Assembly (NCBI GenBank): GCA_951406725.2
Contig: OX597814.1
Coordinates: 164,548,001-164,612,000 of the forward strand
Source of the DNA: Octopus vulgaris
Lineage: Eukaryota
Direction: 5' to 3'
Length of the DNA stretch: 64,000 nt
Shown: one piece after another, positions 40,022 to 53,892 of the stretch
Position numbering within the stretch: the first letter of the stretch is position 1
Layout: the number at the start of each line of letters is the position of its first letter
The notes under the pieces: generated by a model
Seen by the model: the letters and a program-made list of their open reading frames with translations, nothing else
Databases searched by the model: none
What the model was told of the DNA's origin: nothing
Translations under genes and position numbers: made by a program

Positions 40022-40093
<72 letters not shown>

Positions 40094-40832
40094 TATGTAT
40101 ATGTATATATATATGTAACACACACACACAAACATACACACATATATATGCATATTGTGCACATGTATTTGTGTGTGCATGTGTTTGTGTGTATGTTTGT
40201 GTGTGCGTGCGTGCGTGTATTTGTGGTTGGGTCTGTGCGCATGTCTAATGAGTAAGTATATAACTGGATTCAGAGTTGGGTCGTTATGGAATGAACAATC
40301 CTGAATGAGAGACCGAACGCAAATAGTTTTTATAGAATATGTTTCTGCACATACACACACACACACACATACATACATGCATACATACATACATACATAC
40401 ATACATACATACATACATACATACATACATACATACATACATACATACATACATACATACATACATACATACATACATACATACATACATGCATACTTAC
40501 ATACATTCATTCGTACATACATATGTAAGCATATACATAGAGACATGGCTACATGCATGAACACACACGTCCGTCACTTTGTTTCTTTCTCATTATCTCT
40601 TCCTCTCTATGTATGTACGTATGTATGTATGTATATATATACATGTATGCATGTATGAATATATATATATATGTATGCATTAATATATATCTGTATAGAT
40701 GAATATATATATATATATATAATATATATATATATATAATATATACATACATATATATTTTGTATATATATATATATAATATATATATATATATAATATA
40801 TACATACATATATATTTTGTATATATATACAT

Positions 40833-40885
<53 letters not shown>

Positions 40886-41427
40886 CATATATATACATAC
40901 GTACATACACACACAATCATACACACACACACACACACATATATATATGCATTAATACATATGTATATACTTATATACTTATATGCAAGTATATACATCT
41001 TAATACCTACACATATATATATATATATATCTATGCATATGCATATATATGTATGTGTATGTGTGTTAGTGTATGTTTATATATACATATGCATGTATTA
41101 AACAGTATTTTGCCAATTAGGCAAGCTACTCGGTATTACTGCACAATATAGTATGACTATTATAATAATCAATATTGTTACTATTCAATAATAAACAGTA
41201 TGGTTATTGGAATTGTATTATTGAACTTTTTTTATGTATATGTCTTTAAATACAAGACTAGGCCAGTGTATACCGTTTGAATAATACATACAGGTGAAAC
41301 TGTGCAGTAATGGACGTGTAACTAACATTATATTCTTTAATACATGCATACATATACAATCTAGAACTATTTAATTCCGTATGTGTTTTCTATGCTGCCA
41401 TATTCTAATAAATATAAACGTACGTAT

Positions 41428-41600
<173 letters not shown>

Positions 41601-42862
41601 TGTGTATATATATACATATATGTATTATTATACATATGTATCGACATATATTTATGTATATATTATGTGTGTAAGCGTCTGCACGAGAGTGTATCATATA
41701 TACGCACAGATATATGCACTCGCACATCTGTATATGGGCGAATATATTTTAAACAAGACAAAATTTGAACGTAACTGCAAGAGTTTATTCTAAAAAATTG
41801 ACATACCCTCTGCAGGAAAACAGAAAACTAAAATGTACAAACGTTAGAATGGGCAAGAGACAAAAGGCTAGGCGTAAATCCCATGTACCAAGGCAACTAA
41901 TGAAAGTCATATTTACATTTTCAATGATAACATACCCAGGGACTGATAGGATAACTAAGGGCGCATAGGGAAAAAAAGAGATAGCATCAGACTTAATATA
42001 TATGTATAAGTGTATTTATGTGTGATCATGTATGCATGTATGTATGTATGTATGTATGTATGTATATATATATGTATATACATAAATATGTATATATATA
42101 TGTATATATATATGTATATATATGTGTATATATATATGTATATATATATGTATATATATATATGTATATATATATGTATATATATATGTATATATATGTA
42201 TATATATATGTATATATACATATATATATATGTATATATATATAAGTATATATATATATATATATAAATATATATATGTTATATGCATGTGTTACAATTT
42301 TTCTGAATTTTCACATTTTTCTAAATACTAGGCTACTGGTTTTAAATTGATATTAATTAAATTAATATTCAATTTATCACCCTCATTATTTAAATATATA
42401 TATATATATATATATATACGTGTGCGTGTGTGTATGTGTATGTGTGTGCGCGTGTGTGCATGCATCACAATTTAATAAAGGTTATCAGGGTTTCAGGTGA
42501 GATAAGCTAACAGAAAACAGAAAAATATGATGAATTTGATTCATTGCCAAGTTGGTCCGATCGTGCAGTGAATTTTGCAGATTTGTAACTTCGTAAACGT
42601 AAAGCGAGTTTCAACTCTCACTGTAGGCACAAACATTAAGTAAAGAACCGAGCAGCTCCAAATTCACGTGACCAGATTATCAAAGTCCATCATTCGAAAC
42701 GCTGAGTAGATAAAACAGGGGACAACTGATGAAGGGAATGCTCTTTATGTTGCCTGTCTCGTTTCTCTATTTGTTTCTTTCGTTGTTCGAGAAACAGTTC
42801 GTTTTCTATGTTTTTCATGTTCTCGTTTGTCATTTTGGTGACGTTATTTCAATGTCCTGTAA

Positions 42863-42934
<72 letters not shown>

Positions 42935-42991
42935 TTATATATTATTTATATTATTATGTGATCGAACGCCACGCATCTATTTTCAAGTAAG

Positions 42992-43047
<56 letters not shown>

Positions 43048-43068
43048 GTATTAATGTGTATATCTATC

Positions 43069-43101
<33 letters not shown>

Positions 43102-43185
43102 GTATGTATGTATGTATGTATATATATACACGTTTATTGATTCGTTTTGCAAGATTCCTGATTTAAAATCGTGTGTTAAAACAGA

Positions 43186-43501
43186 TATTGTTGTACTTCG
43201 GGATGTTCATTTTTGTTTTGCCAAATTAACACACGCACTATATATTTTTCTTTAATCTTTTCATACTGTTCTTATTTTGTTATTTTAACTCATGTCCATT
43301 GTCTGAAAATCTTTCCTCACACATCTGTGACCTCTTCAGCGATACTTTTCGTTTTTGTATGCGTTTCTGTTACTCCGCTGTAGAAATCACAATGAACATG
43401 AGTTAGAATAATAAAATAAGAACAGTAATAAATAAGTGAAGGAAAAATATATAGTGCGCGTGCTCATTTGGCAAAAAAAATATGACCATCTCGAAATACA
43501 G

Positions 43502-43507
<6 letters not shown>
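43186..43507. mobile_element. PLE-type pLTR/inverted-tail remnant (about 117-bp imperfect inverted arms)
   Basis: 43186-43302 is the imperfect reverse complement of 43389-43507; encloses a hammerhead relic; (TA)n follows directly. Confidence 0.6.
43301..43343 (-). ncRNA. Degenerate hammerhead ribozyme inside inverted-repeat remnant
   Basis: Minus strand: CTGAAGA-ggTCACA-gatg-TGTGAg-GAAA-gattt-TC-agac; stems I and III eroded. Confidence 0.45.
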
Positions 43508-43558
<51 letters not shown>

Positions 43559-43724
43559 AATGATGGTCTTAATCTGGTCACTCGAGGTTCTAGCTACTCA
43601 GTTATATAAATGCACTCATATGTACGTATATTTGTATGAAGACATACATTATGTATACAATATATATGATATGGATTTGCACATGTGTAATATATAATAT
43701 ATACGAGTATATATACGCACATAT

Positions 43725-43804
<80 letters not shown>

Positions 43805-44272
43805 GCGTGTGTGCGTGTGTGTATTTATATACATACATATAAGTTTAATGCTATCTCATTAGTAGTGATGATATATTTATCATGTATATATATATAGATA
43901 TGTGTTTATAGGTATATGCATAAGTGTATGTACATACATACATACATATATATATATGTATACACATATGAGCATATACATATATTTATATACTTATCTA
44001 CATATGTGTATATACATATATGTCCCTGGGTAAATGGCTGATTACATAGAAGATATATACAACTTTTATGGGGTGTATACTTTAAGGTGTAGATTTTTCA
44101 TTTTCTTACAGCTTTTCTTTTTTTTACAGTGAACTGATTTTGCTTAACCAAACCTCAATATATTACCCTCTGGTTCCTGATGTTATTGTTGTTGGGTTTT
44201 TTCCTGTTGTTATTGTTGTTTTTGTCCTTGTACCTAAAAAGGTACAATATGGTCTTTGAGGCAACATTTTTA

Positions 44273-44407
44273 TCACTCATCAGTCATACCTTTATGGCAG
44301 ACATCAACCACAACTGCTAACGCTTTCTCCCACGAAGATTTTGCCAAAGGAGTGAAGTTGCTTCCCAATCTCTCTTCCATGAAATCCATAAACACCAAAG
44401 CCAAGTT
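44273..44407 (-). CDS. Globin coding exon 3 (G and H helices, stop)
   Basis: Acceptor tttgttttaattcttcag|AAC; NLALVF...LGSNFTPLAKSSWEKAL (GH corner and H-helix Trp); TGA at 44275-44273. Confidence 0.95.
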   Translation of the reverse strand, partial: NLALVFMDFMEERLGSNFTPLAKSSWEKALAVVVDVCHKGMTDE

Positions 44408-44895
44408 CTGAAGAATTAAAACAAAGAGCATTATAAAAATTGTAATGACCGATATCTTCATACATTCCAAAAGAAACAACCACTACCGCAAAAGGGAAAG
44501 AAAAGTAAAATTAGTGGAGTAATTGTAGGAATAAAACTTACAAATTTATAGGTAAGTAGAATTGAAACTAAGTGATTAAGAGTATCACATAACAAAAGTC
44601 TATCAATAACTGTATAGCAAAACTGTATGTCCGACAAAAAAAAAAAGTTGCAGTTGAGCCGGCTTCTTCTCTGGTCCTGACGGCATCACGAACCATGGAG
44701 GTCACTGGAAATAGCGAGCCATTTGCAGTTCCATCAGCGCAGACCGAACACCTGCGGACCTGAGAGTTCGTAGAGGTCCTCCTTCATCGTCGTTGCATTT
44801 CTTGATTACAGCCAAGAAGTTTCAGATAGTTGTGTTAATTTAAATTTAAATTTTAAATGAGTATGCAGTCCTGCAAATTATATTCACCTGGACGG

Positions 44896-44967
44896 TCGCA
44901 CCGATGATCTACGGATATTTATGTAAGTAAACTTACATAATATGGTAATAGTGAAACATGTATGCGA
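44896..44967 (+). ncRNA. Minimal hammerhead ribozyme, copy 1 of tandem pLTR-like repeat
   Basis: tcgca-CCGATGA-[stem II with TATGTAAGT-aa-ACTTACATA hairpin]-GAAA-CATG-TA-tgcga; palindromic ACATGT stem III. Confidence 0.75.
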
Positions 44968-45427
44968 ATAATCCATATTTTTATTGCTTTTTCTTTTGTT
45001 TTGCTCGATTACGTTTTGGTTGTTTTGCTAAATTTTTCTTGAGAACATTTCTTAGTGGTAAGACCATAGCGGATCTATTTCTAGCATAAGGGTGTCCACA
45101 TAGTGGTTTCCCTCTAATATGTATATAATACAATTTTACTGAACCTTCAGTTTGCTAGACCACTGGTGTGAAATCGATGTTAATTAAATTAATATCTAAT
45201 TTCTCACCCTCATTTTAAATTTAAATTTAAATTAATACTTCTCTAACCGGCAAAGGCCGCTGCAGTAAAGTATTATCTGCAGCATCAGTTTTTCCGGTAA
45301 TTTAGCGCGCCAAAACGAGGACATTTGAAATAGCATCCACGAGTGTAATGGGTAGGACTGTTTTACAAGTCTGACTTTGTGCAGACGTCCGAGTATGCAC
45401 TTCTGCAAATTATATTCATCTAGACGG

Positions 45428-45499
45428 TCGCACCGATGATCTACGGACATTTATGTAAGTAAACTTACGTAATATGGTAATAGTGAAACGTATATGCGA
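45428..45499 (+). ncRNA. Minimal hammerhead ribozyme, copy 2 (stem III mutated)
   Basis: Same sequence 532 bp downstream but GAAA-CGTA-TA-tgcga. Confidence 0.6.
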
Positions 45500-45628
45500 A
45501 TAATCCATATTCTTATTGCTTTTTCTTTTGTCTTGCTCGACTACGTTTTGGTTGTTTCGCTAAATTTTTCTTGAGAACATTTCTTAGTGGTAAGACCATA
45601 GCGGATCTATTTCTAGCATAAGGGTGTC

Positions 45629-45704
<76 letters not shown>

Positions 45705-45764
45705 TACATACATATATGCATATATACGCATATATATGCATATATATATATATATATATATATA

Positions 45765-46193
45765 ATAATAAATATTAGGGAATAAGAGAGAGAATTTACA
45801 GAGAAAAAAATCAGATTTAGGATTAAATCCAATTTTATAGTAAAATATTATAAAATATTATTAGAGACAAAACCAGCAATTTTGCAAAAGGACAAGGAAA
45901 GACTTAATCGACCCGAGTACTCAACTAGTGCTCATTTGCTCGACCCCGAAAAGATGAAAGACCAAAGTCGACTTCAGCGACATTTGAAAACAGAACGTAA
46001 AGAGTCGGATAAAATGCCACTAAGCATTGTGCGATAACGATTTGAAACTGACTTATTGGAAGTCCACCTGAAGATTGTCGATCAAGACAAGAAACGATTG
46101 TAGTGGTGGTTTTTTTGACTATTTATTAAAATTTTATGTATTGATTAAGTCTTTCCTTGTTTGTTTTGCAAAATAGTGGTTTTGTCTCTAATA

Positions 46194-46200
<7 letters not shown>
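45765..46200 (+). mobile_element. PLE-derived remnant with 58-bp inverted arms and hammerhead
   Basis: 45852-45909 pairs with 46143-46200; hammerhead at 46064; (TA)n on both sides. Confidence 0.65.
46064..46106 (+). ncRNA. Minimal type I hammerhead ribozyme (canonical core) in globin intron 2, antisense to globin
   Basis: ccac-CTGAAGA-TTGTC-gatcaa-GACAA-GAAA-CGATTG-TA-gtgg: stem I 4 bp, stem II 5 bp, short stem III, UA cleavage site. Confidence 0.82.
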
Positions 46201-46256
<56 letters not shown>

Positions 46257-46652
46257 GAGTGTGAGACAGATATAGGTAGATAGATAGATAAAGAGAGCCC
46301 ATTTCTTTCAGAGAGAGCGAGAGAGGAAGAGAGAGAGAGAGAGCATGGTTTATTTATACTAACATGCATATATTGAATGTAATATATTTCTAATTTCGGG
46401 ACAAGGCCAGCAATTTAGAGGAGGATGGGAAATTCGAGTACATCGACCCGAGTACTCAACTAGTGCTCATTTGCTCGACCCCGAAAAGATGAAAGACCAA
46501 AGTCGACTTCAGCGACATTTGAAAACAGAACGTAAAGAGTCGGATAAAATGCCACTAAGCATTGTGCGATAACGATTCTGCCACCGCTCGCTGCCTTCAT
46601 TGAACGTAATATAGAAAATAAAGAAAAAAGGAAAAAAAAATGTTTCACGTAC

Positions 46653-46878
46653 ACGGAACGCCTGTTTCGGAACCCCTCTCATTTTGTGGTCTTTGCCTGT
46701 TTTGAGCAGCAACTTCACTAGATAATCAGCATTATCAAGATTGTTGACAATGGCAGTCAAAGCTGTGAACACACTTTTTGCATGCAAAACAAAACTGCCC
46801 ATTTCTTTCATTTCAGCCAATTGTTTGCCTTTGAACTTAGGGAAATAGTCTATGTATTGTGGGTGTGTTGTGAACAAC
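46653..46878 (-). CDS. Globin coding exon 2 (B12 to G6, heme pocket)
   Basis: Acceptor ttgttgcag|G TTG TTC; 226 nt; ProC2 (THP), PheCD1 (YFPKF), distal HisE7 (LHAKSV), proximal HisF8 (KDHKMRG); donor CGT|GTACGT, phase 0. Confidence 0.96.
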
Positions 46879-47713
46879 CTGCAACAATAAATTAATGAAT
46901 TATTAGGTTTAGAACGGAGATGGTAAGAACAAAACTTTATAGATATCATAATTAAATAATATAAACCTTTAAAGTTAGTCGAGTTAACTTTCTTGTCCTA
47001 AATACTCTCAACCAAAGTTAAAGATTATTCAAGCACCGGAAAACTCGTACTTCAGTTCTGTAAACCAAACTGTGTACACTGACGAGACAACACCGATAAG
47101 CATAGATGTAATCATGCAAATTTTAAATAACTTTCTAGGTCATTATTGTCGTTCAACTCCAACCCTGCTATAATGATATGTTTTTCTCTGATTTCATTGT
47201 AGTTTTATGTGTGATAAAAGCCACTTAGTTGAGCAATGTTTTTCTCAGTACTTCTGCCGTGCGACTGTGGGTAAATCACTTGCAATTTATGGATTATGGG
47301 ATCCCGTTGTATGACGAATATGAAAGGACATGCATAGCGAAATAGTTTCGCTTGCTTTCTTACCTCATATCTGCATAAACTCAAGACAATACAAAAACGA
47401 ACACTCTAGAAACTAAAATCATAGTCAGGTCTGTAAATACGCGCTGTACATACATACATACATAGCATACATACATAACACATTAAAAGTAAGATATATA
47501 TCTGCAAATACAATTAGATGGACATCTACATGCATTTTTACATTTAGGCACGTATGCTTGCTTATTTATTTATGGTTGCACACACAAATCCGATAATATC
47601 CATATTTTTCTACATAAATGCAGACAGCCATATTTGTTCCATGCATACACATGTAAACACAGATGCACATGATATCACGTAGAAACTGATTCATAGTCAC
47701 AGAAATACGCGCT

Positions 47714-47781
47714 GTACATACATACATGCATACATACATACATACATACATACATACATACATCCATCCATCCATCCATCC

Positions 47782-47875
<94 letters not shown>

Positions 47876-48075
47876 AAATCTGTATATGCATACTTACACG
47901 CTTATACATACATACATACATACATACATACATACATACATACATACATACATACATACGTACATACATACATACATACATACATACATACATACATACA
48001 TACATACATACATACATACATACATACATACATACATACATACATACATACATACATACATACATACATACATAC
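47714..48075. repeat. (TACA)n-(TCCA)n-(TCTA)n compound tetranucleotide repeat
   Basis: Direct inspection. Confidence 0.95.
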
Positions 48076-49315
48076 GCATTCATGTACACAGACATACACA
48101 CTGACACACACGCACACCTATGTTTTGCAGAAACCTATCTTTATATATTCCGAGACACAAATTCCTATACACATACTCAAACTCTCACACGCTTCCCTCA
48201 GAACACTGTAGCCATCACATTTACACATGTATTCTATCGAGATTTATTCAAACACCCTTTTATGCATGACACCACATGAAACATGCAACACGTACGCACA
48301 TACACCCATCCGGCGCGTGCACACGCCCATAGATTCAGTTCCCATGCTCACACATAAGCACACACAGACACATATGCAGATGCAAACACAACAGCAAATA
48401 CAGCCTTGCAATAGTATATCTACATATAAAGCCATGTATACAGTGCTTGATTTTTTGTTACACACATACAAAGAAAATATACTACGCACGTTCACATACA
48501 AATAAAAGCACACACACGTGCGTACGCACACACACGCGCGTGCAGACACACACACACACACAAGCGTATATACCCACTGAAGCGTACAAGATTCTTCTTG
48601 CGTAAATTCTTCACCTAGCTGTTAAAAACAATCCCCAAAAGTCTATAACAAAATATGTCCCGCATTTGTAAAAAGCAATCTCGCTCTTACAATCCACATC
48701 ACAGAAATTCCATAAAGATAGTTTCCATTCTTGTATTTTAGTATTGTAGTCATCTTATTTTATATTACTTCTATCAGTTCGTTTAGCCTCAAGCTGAAAC
48801 TCAACTATTTTCATCACAACGAAAAATTCGGACAGATTGAGGTACGCCATTTTGTTTTCTGTGTTACAATTTAAAAAAAAAATTGCATCAATCATTTACA
48901 ATTGCCTCAAGGAGTTTCTTTGTTAGTTGTTTTGTTGCTTTGATGCTTTTGTTGTTGGTAGCCTGCATGTCTATGTGTATGCCTATGTGTCGTTGTGTGT
49001 TTATGCGTATGTGCCCATGTTATATTTATGTATGTGTAAAAGAGTGTGCGGCTGCATACATGCTTGTATAAATATATGTGTGTATGTTAGTCTATCGACA
49101 TTCGTATGAGTGAATTTGTATGGAGAGCTTTATAAGTTTGTTTCTAGGAAAATGCTAGTGTATTTTTGTATTAGTGAATTAGCCTGTCAGTATACTCGTG
49201 TGTACACGGGAGCGCTGCAGTGAACCCAATATGCAGAAAATAGCAAACTTTATTAATGTTAAAATACTTGTAGCTTTTAATAGCAAGAGCAAGAACAATA
49301 ATAGCAATGATTCTC

Positions 49316-49413
<98 letters not shown>
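49316..49413. repeat. (TTA)n
   Basis: Direct inspection; further (TTA)n near 49598, 51187, 58404 and 58740. Confidence 0.95.
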
Positions 49414-49414
<1 letters not shown>

Positions 49415-49595
49415 CCGGGCAAAATGCATAGCGGAATTTCGTCCGTCTTTACGTTCTGAGTTCAGATTCCGACGAAGTCGACTTTGCCTTTCATCCTTTC
49501 GGGATCGAGGAATTAAGTACCAGTTGAATACTGGGGTAAATGTAATCGACTCATCTCTGCACTCCCAAAGCTGTACTTGTGGCAAAATTTGGGAC

Positions 49596-49658
<63 letters not shown>

Positions 49659-49707
49659 CATCATTATTATTATTATTATTATCATTATTATTATTATCAA
49701 CAATAGT

Positions 49708-51183
49708 CACCTCACGCGATACATATAGAGAGGGTTGGTAAAGAACTTGGCATGGGTGGGGCCCTGATTCATTTGGATCAATCCAAAGCTTTTGATAGGG
49801 TCGACAATTTGTACTTGGAGGCTGTCCTCAAGGCGGCTGGTTTCGGTCCCGTTTTCAGAGGCTGGATTGCTGCAATGTACAGCAACAACTGTTCGGTGGT
49901 CAAAGTAACGGCCACCTCTCACAATCATTTAGTATCGCACGTTCGATCCGTCAAAGAAGTCCACTTTCACCCCTTCTCTACGCACTGGCACTCGAGCCAT
50001 TACTGAGGAAGCTGGAGATTTCGAGGGGCATCCTGCATGAACTGGGATGAAGAAGGTTTGTGTCAGCGTATGCAGACGACGACACTGTGATAATGTCGGG
50101 CATCTCGGAAATCGGCATGGTTGGAACTACCCTTAATGGAATATGAAGCGGGGACAGTTGCAATGATCAACCAGGAGAAGTAAGTGGACTTGCAGCTCGG
50201 CACCTGGACAGGTAGGCTCATGCCAACCGATAACGTGGTGGGGCGCTGACGGAAGGACCTGTTAAGTTGTTTGGGGTCTGGCTCGGTCCAGATCTCCAAG
50301 TGGACAAGAACTGGGGTGAGATGACAGACAAGGTAGCCAGTCTCACCCAGAAAGGTCGGACGGAAGTGGCAAATGCGTACATCGCATCCGTCATATACTA
50401 CAGCCTGGCTGTCCTCCCTTGCTCCGCCTCGTGGCTGAACGGGCTGCTACGTTTGCTCTTCCTGTGAAGGGGACAGGTACCGCTTGTCAGACGGTCCATC
50501 TGCTGTCAACATCCGCTGCGTGAAGAACTGGGTATGCCGTGGCTGAGGATGCGCAGACATGCGCTGGGGCTACGACATCTCTAGCGATACCTTAATGATG
50601 AGCAGGTGTGGTCGCCGTTTGTTGAACGCGCTATTCCGTAGCTCGTCTCCTTGATGGAGCTACAGTCCTGGATCAGGCGTAGAAAAAGGCAGGGCGCTTG
50701 GCACCTAGAATATCTCTAAGTGCTCACAGCCCTTGGCCAGTCGGGCAATGCAGTCGGTAGGAGTTCTGCCTTGGAGTTCTATAGGGGATTAGTGGAGGGC
50801 AAGAACGATGATGTACTCGGAGAGATCTTGGGCGTTGGGGTGGTGGTGGTGGTTAACTGATTGGTCTCTTACGAAGGACTTTTGGGCCAGGAACTATGGA
50901 TAACTTCCAGAAATCCTTGGCCTGGCAGTGCCACCGGGGTGGGTGGGGGGCGCTGCCAGTTCGTCATAAGTTCTACAGACACGGGTGTGTAGTCAGTCGG
51001 GCTTGTCTGAGATGCATGCAGAATGATGAAACCGTTCTGCATGCTCTCGTACAGTGTCCGCGCATTGCTGAGTTGTGGAACTTTGTCGAACAGTTATTGT
51101 CATGTGTAGGACGGATCCCGCTATCGTCCGAGTCCATTGTGAAGATCGCCCCGCCAATTCCACCTATTTTTTCCAGCAACTTC

Positions 51184-51250
<67 letters not shown>

Positions 51251-51910
51251 TGAGTGAGAAATCATCTGTTGGAGCATCGAACAAGAGCTTTGCGTTATTT
51301 CTTCCAGTTGTTTACATTCTGAGTTCCAATCTCGAGGAGGTCAACTTCGCCTTTCATTGTTCCAGAGTCCCGTGCTAGCGTCGATGAAATCGACTAACTC
51401 TTACGTCAAAATTACTGACCTTTATTATTATTATTACTGTGGAATCACGTGGCCTAGTGGTTCGAGCGCCGGATTCACAATCAAAAAGTTATGGCTCAGA
51501 TTTCTATACCAGGTGTTGCATTGCGACCTTAAGCAAGGCACTTCATTTCACATTTTTTCGGTTTACTTAACTGCTAATTAGAATCAGATGATTAGTGGTG
51601 CAGTCCTCCCCCGCTGCCTCTACCTCAATCTGTCACATCCTCGATGCTCCACTGGGCCAAGAGTGGTCCGAAATATCTCTGTCTGCTGACAACTACAATT
51701 GACGAAAGCGTGGTACATACTCGATTGTAAGTGGAGGCTGTGGATTTACTTTCCTCTTCGGTGAAGCTCTCATCGACATTTTCAGGTTACGCTTTAAACG
51801 AGAAGTGAGAGTGGAGAAGGAAGTGCTCACTTCCAGTGAATTTGTTAAAAAGTGGATGATTGTGACAAAAATGGTTACAATGAGTGGAACAGCTCTAAGC
51901 ATGCACCTCT
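49708..51910 (+). mobile_element. Tx1/L1-clade LINE ORF2 remnant in globin intron 1
   Basis: [18 protein letters not shown]-terminal CLRC...ETVLHALVQCP zinc knuckle; many stops; interrupted by (TTA)n and SINE pieces after 51175. Confidence 0.85.
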
Positions 51911-52019
51911 AGATTGGAGCACAAAAACTGGGTAATGGCTTCTAGCCTTGGTGGTCAAGATGAACCTGGTTTGTGGAATACATTGGCTTTTCTGTATATG
52001 GAGAATTAAATAAATAATA

Positions 52020-52258
52020 AATGCGCCCTTTTAAAGCCTACCCAGGCTCATGGGCCCAGTTTCCCGGTTTCAATGGCATATGTGTTCCCCAGCTGGACAG
52101 GACGCCAGTCCATCGCAGCGTTACTCATTTTTGCCAGCTGAGTGGACTGGAGCAACGTGAAATGAAGTGTTTTGCTCAAGAACACAACACGCCGCCTGGT
52201 TCAGGAATCGAAACCACAATCTTACGCTCATGGTACTGACACCCTAACCACTAAGCCA
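52020..52258 (-). mobile_element. tRNA-derived SINE (CORE/Meta-like body)
   Basis: ggcttagtggttag...ggtttcgattcc...ttcttgagcaaaacac...gatggactggcgtcctgtccag. Confidence 0.75.
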
Positions 52259-52977
52259 ATTGCATCGTCCGTATATTTTCATATTTCATATTTCATATAA
52301 AATGTAAATACTTTTTATCTCATCTCTTCGCCTCTCTTTTTCCCATCATTTTATGTCACACCCAACGCAGTGTCACCTCCAACGCAATGTCTCCCATATC
52401 TGAAACCCTGACGGCAAACAAAAGTAATCATCAGAGTTAATCATTCTCTGATGACTTTTAAGGTCTGGGTTATTTAGGTAGACATACCATACTCATTTCA
52501 AATGAAGTCGAGGAGTGCGCCGATACGATATACTCAGGCAAATTAACATCAAGACCCTTAAGCAGCATCTCTCTTGAGCTTTCCATGCTTGATACGATTT
52601 CGTTCAAATTCTCTCTTCTTATTCATGCCTGCTTTCCTTCACAATAAACGATCCAGTGCAAGGTTTACTCATCCATTTTCCAAGATCTTGACCTTCTCCA
52701 GGGTATTCTTGATGCAGTCCTTATACCTTAATTTCAACTTTGCGCTGGTCTTTTACTACTAAACAGAAATTGCTCAGAGATCCTAACATCTTACATCCTG
52801 ACCACATAACCACAATCATAATCGATGTAGACATACTAGAGGCTCTATACTAGTAGAATAATTTCGTTCGAGAACTTCAACATCACTTACATACATTTCC
52901 CTCAGATACCCAGTAAATGGCGGAGACATTCTTGATGGTATCATTCCAGCTTTTTTATGCGACTCCGATCCTGGATC

Positions 52978-53290
52978 TCCGTTCGTTATGACGACGTGTG
53001 TTCCAGTTGATATGATCAACCGAACAGCCTGCTCGTGAAATTAACGTACAAATGACTGACCTCTCCACAACCGTGCGTATCCTTAACGTAGTTCTTAGGG
53101 AAGTTCAGCGTGACACACAGTGGGACAAGTCTAGCCCTTTCAATTACAGATACAACTAATTTTTACCAGCTGGATGGACTGGAGCAGCGAAAAATAAAGT
53201 ACTTTGCTGAAGGACCCATCGCACCGCCGGAAATCGAACTTACGACCTTACAATCATGGCCAGAATACCCTAGCCATTAAGCCATGCACC
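52978..53290 (-). mobile_element. tRNA-derived SINE, related head with different tail
   Basis: ggtgcatggcttaatggctagg...agttcgatttcc...ctccagtccatccagctgg. Confidence 0.7.
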
Positions 53291-53482
53291 TTCCAGGAAG
53301 TAATTCAGGTTTAACATGAATGAAGACAAAAGACGAGTATATATAAATACATACCGACACACATACATACATATTTATGTATGTATGTATGTATGTATGT
53401 ATGTATGTATGTATGTATGTATGTATGTATGTATGTGTGTATGTATGTATGTATGTATGTATGTATGTATGTATGTATGTAT

Positions 53483-53892
53483 CAGGGACGTGCCGCCTGG
53501 GTAGGCAAGGTAGGCAGCGCCTGCTCTGAATAGAATAGATCGATAGTAATATTTTCCTTTTTATGGCAAAAACATGCAACTAATTCAATAAAATTATGAA
53601 AGTTACTCTGAGAACTATGCATAAAATAAAAAAAAAATTTTATTTTTTTGTAGATTAGCTAGACATAATTTGCCCCTGCCTTTCAATCTCAATATTAAAG
53701 TAACGCATAGAACTGCTGTAGTACACCTACTGCGTACATTCCAACAACGACGTTTTCTTTACGCGCTTTAAAGGAAGAAGTGAATCTGCCTACAACTCAG
53801 TTGCGCGCCAGTGTTTCGCATATTTTTTTGTGTTTTATTACATAAACGTCACCAACTGCCTATCCTTAGTAATAACTCACGGGACGTGCCTG
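53483..53892. mobile_element. hAT-like MITE inside (TATG)n
   Basis: TIRs CAGGGACGTGCC / GGGACGTGCCTG; gtatgtat on both flanks. Confidence 0.65.

Larger units (their letters stand above)
44835..45632 (+). mobile_element. PLE-derived tandem pLTR remnant in globin intron 2
   Basis: About 242-bp direct repeats 44859-45100 and 45391-45631, each with a hammerhead; inverted AT-rich segment near 44835-44861 vs 45209-45235; ends at (CA)/(TA)n. Confidence 0.65.

Noticed and set aside
42690-42745. GAAAC...CTGATGA hammerhead-like motifs
   Set aside because: Motif order and stems do not give a convincing fold; probably part of a TE relic.
46509-46949. 146-aa ORF as a single-exon globin
   Set aside because: Only 46653-46878 is globin; the flanks are intron and SINE sequence.
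47435-47730. Short direct repeat aaatacgcgctgtacatacatacat (similar small duplication near 62608-62666)
   Set aside because: Small local duplications with no further structure.
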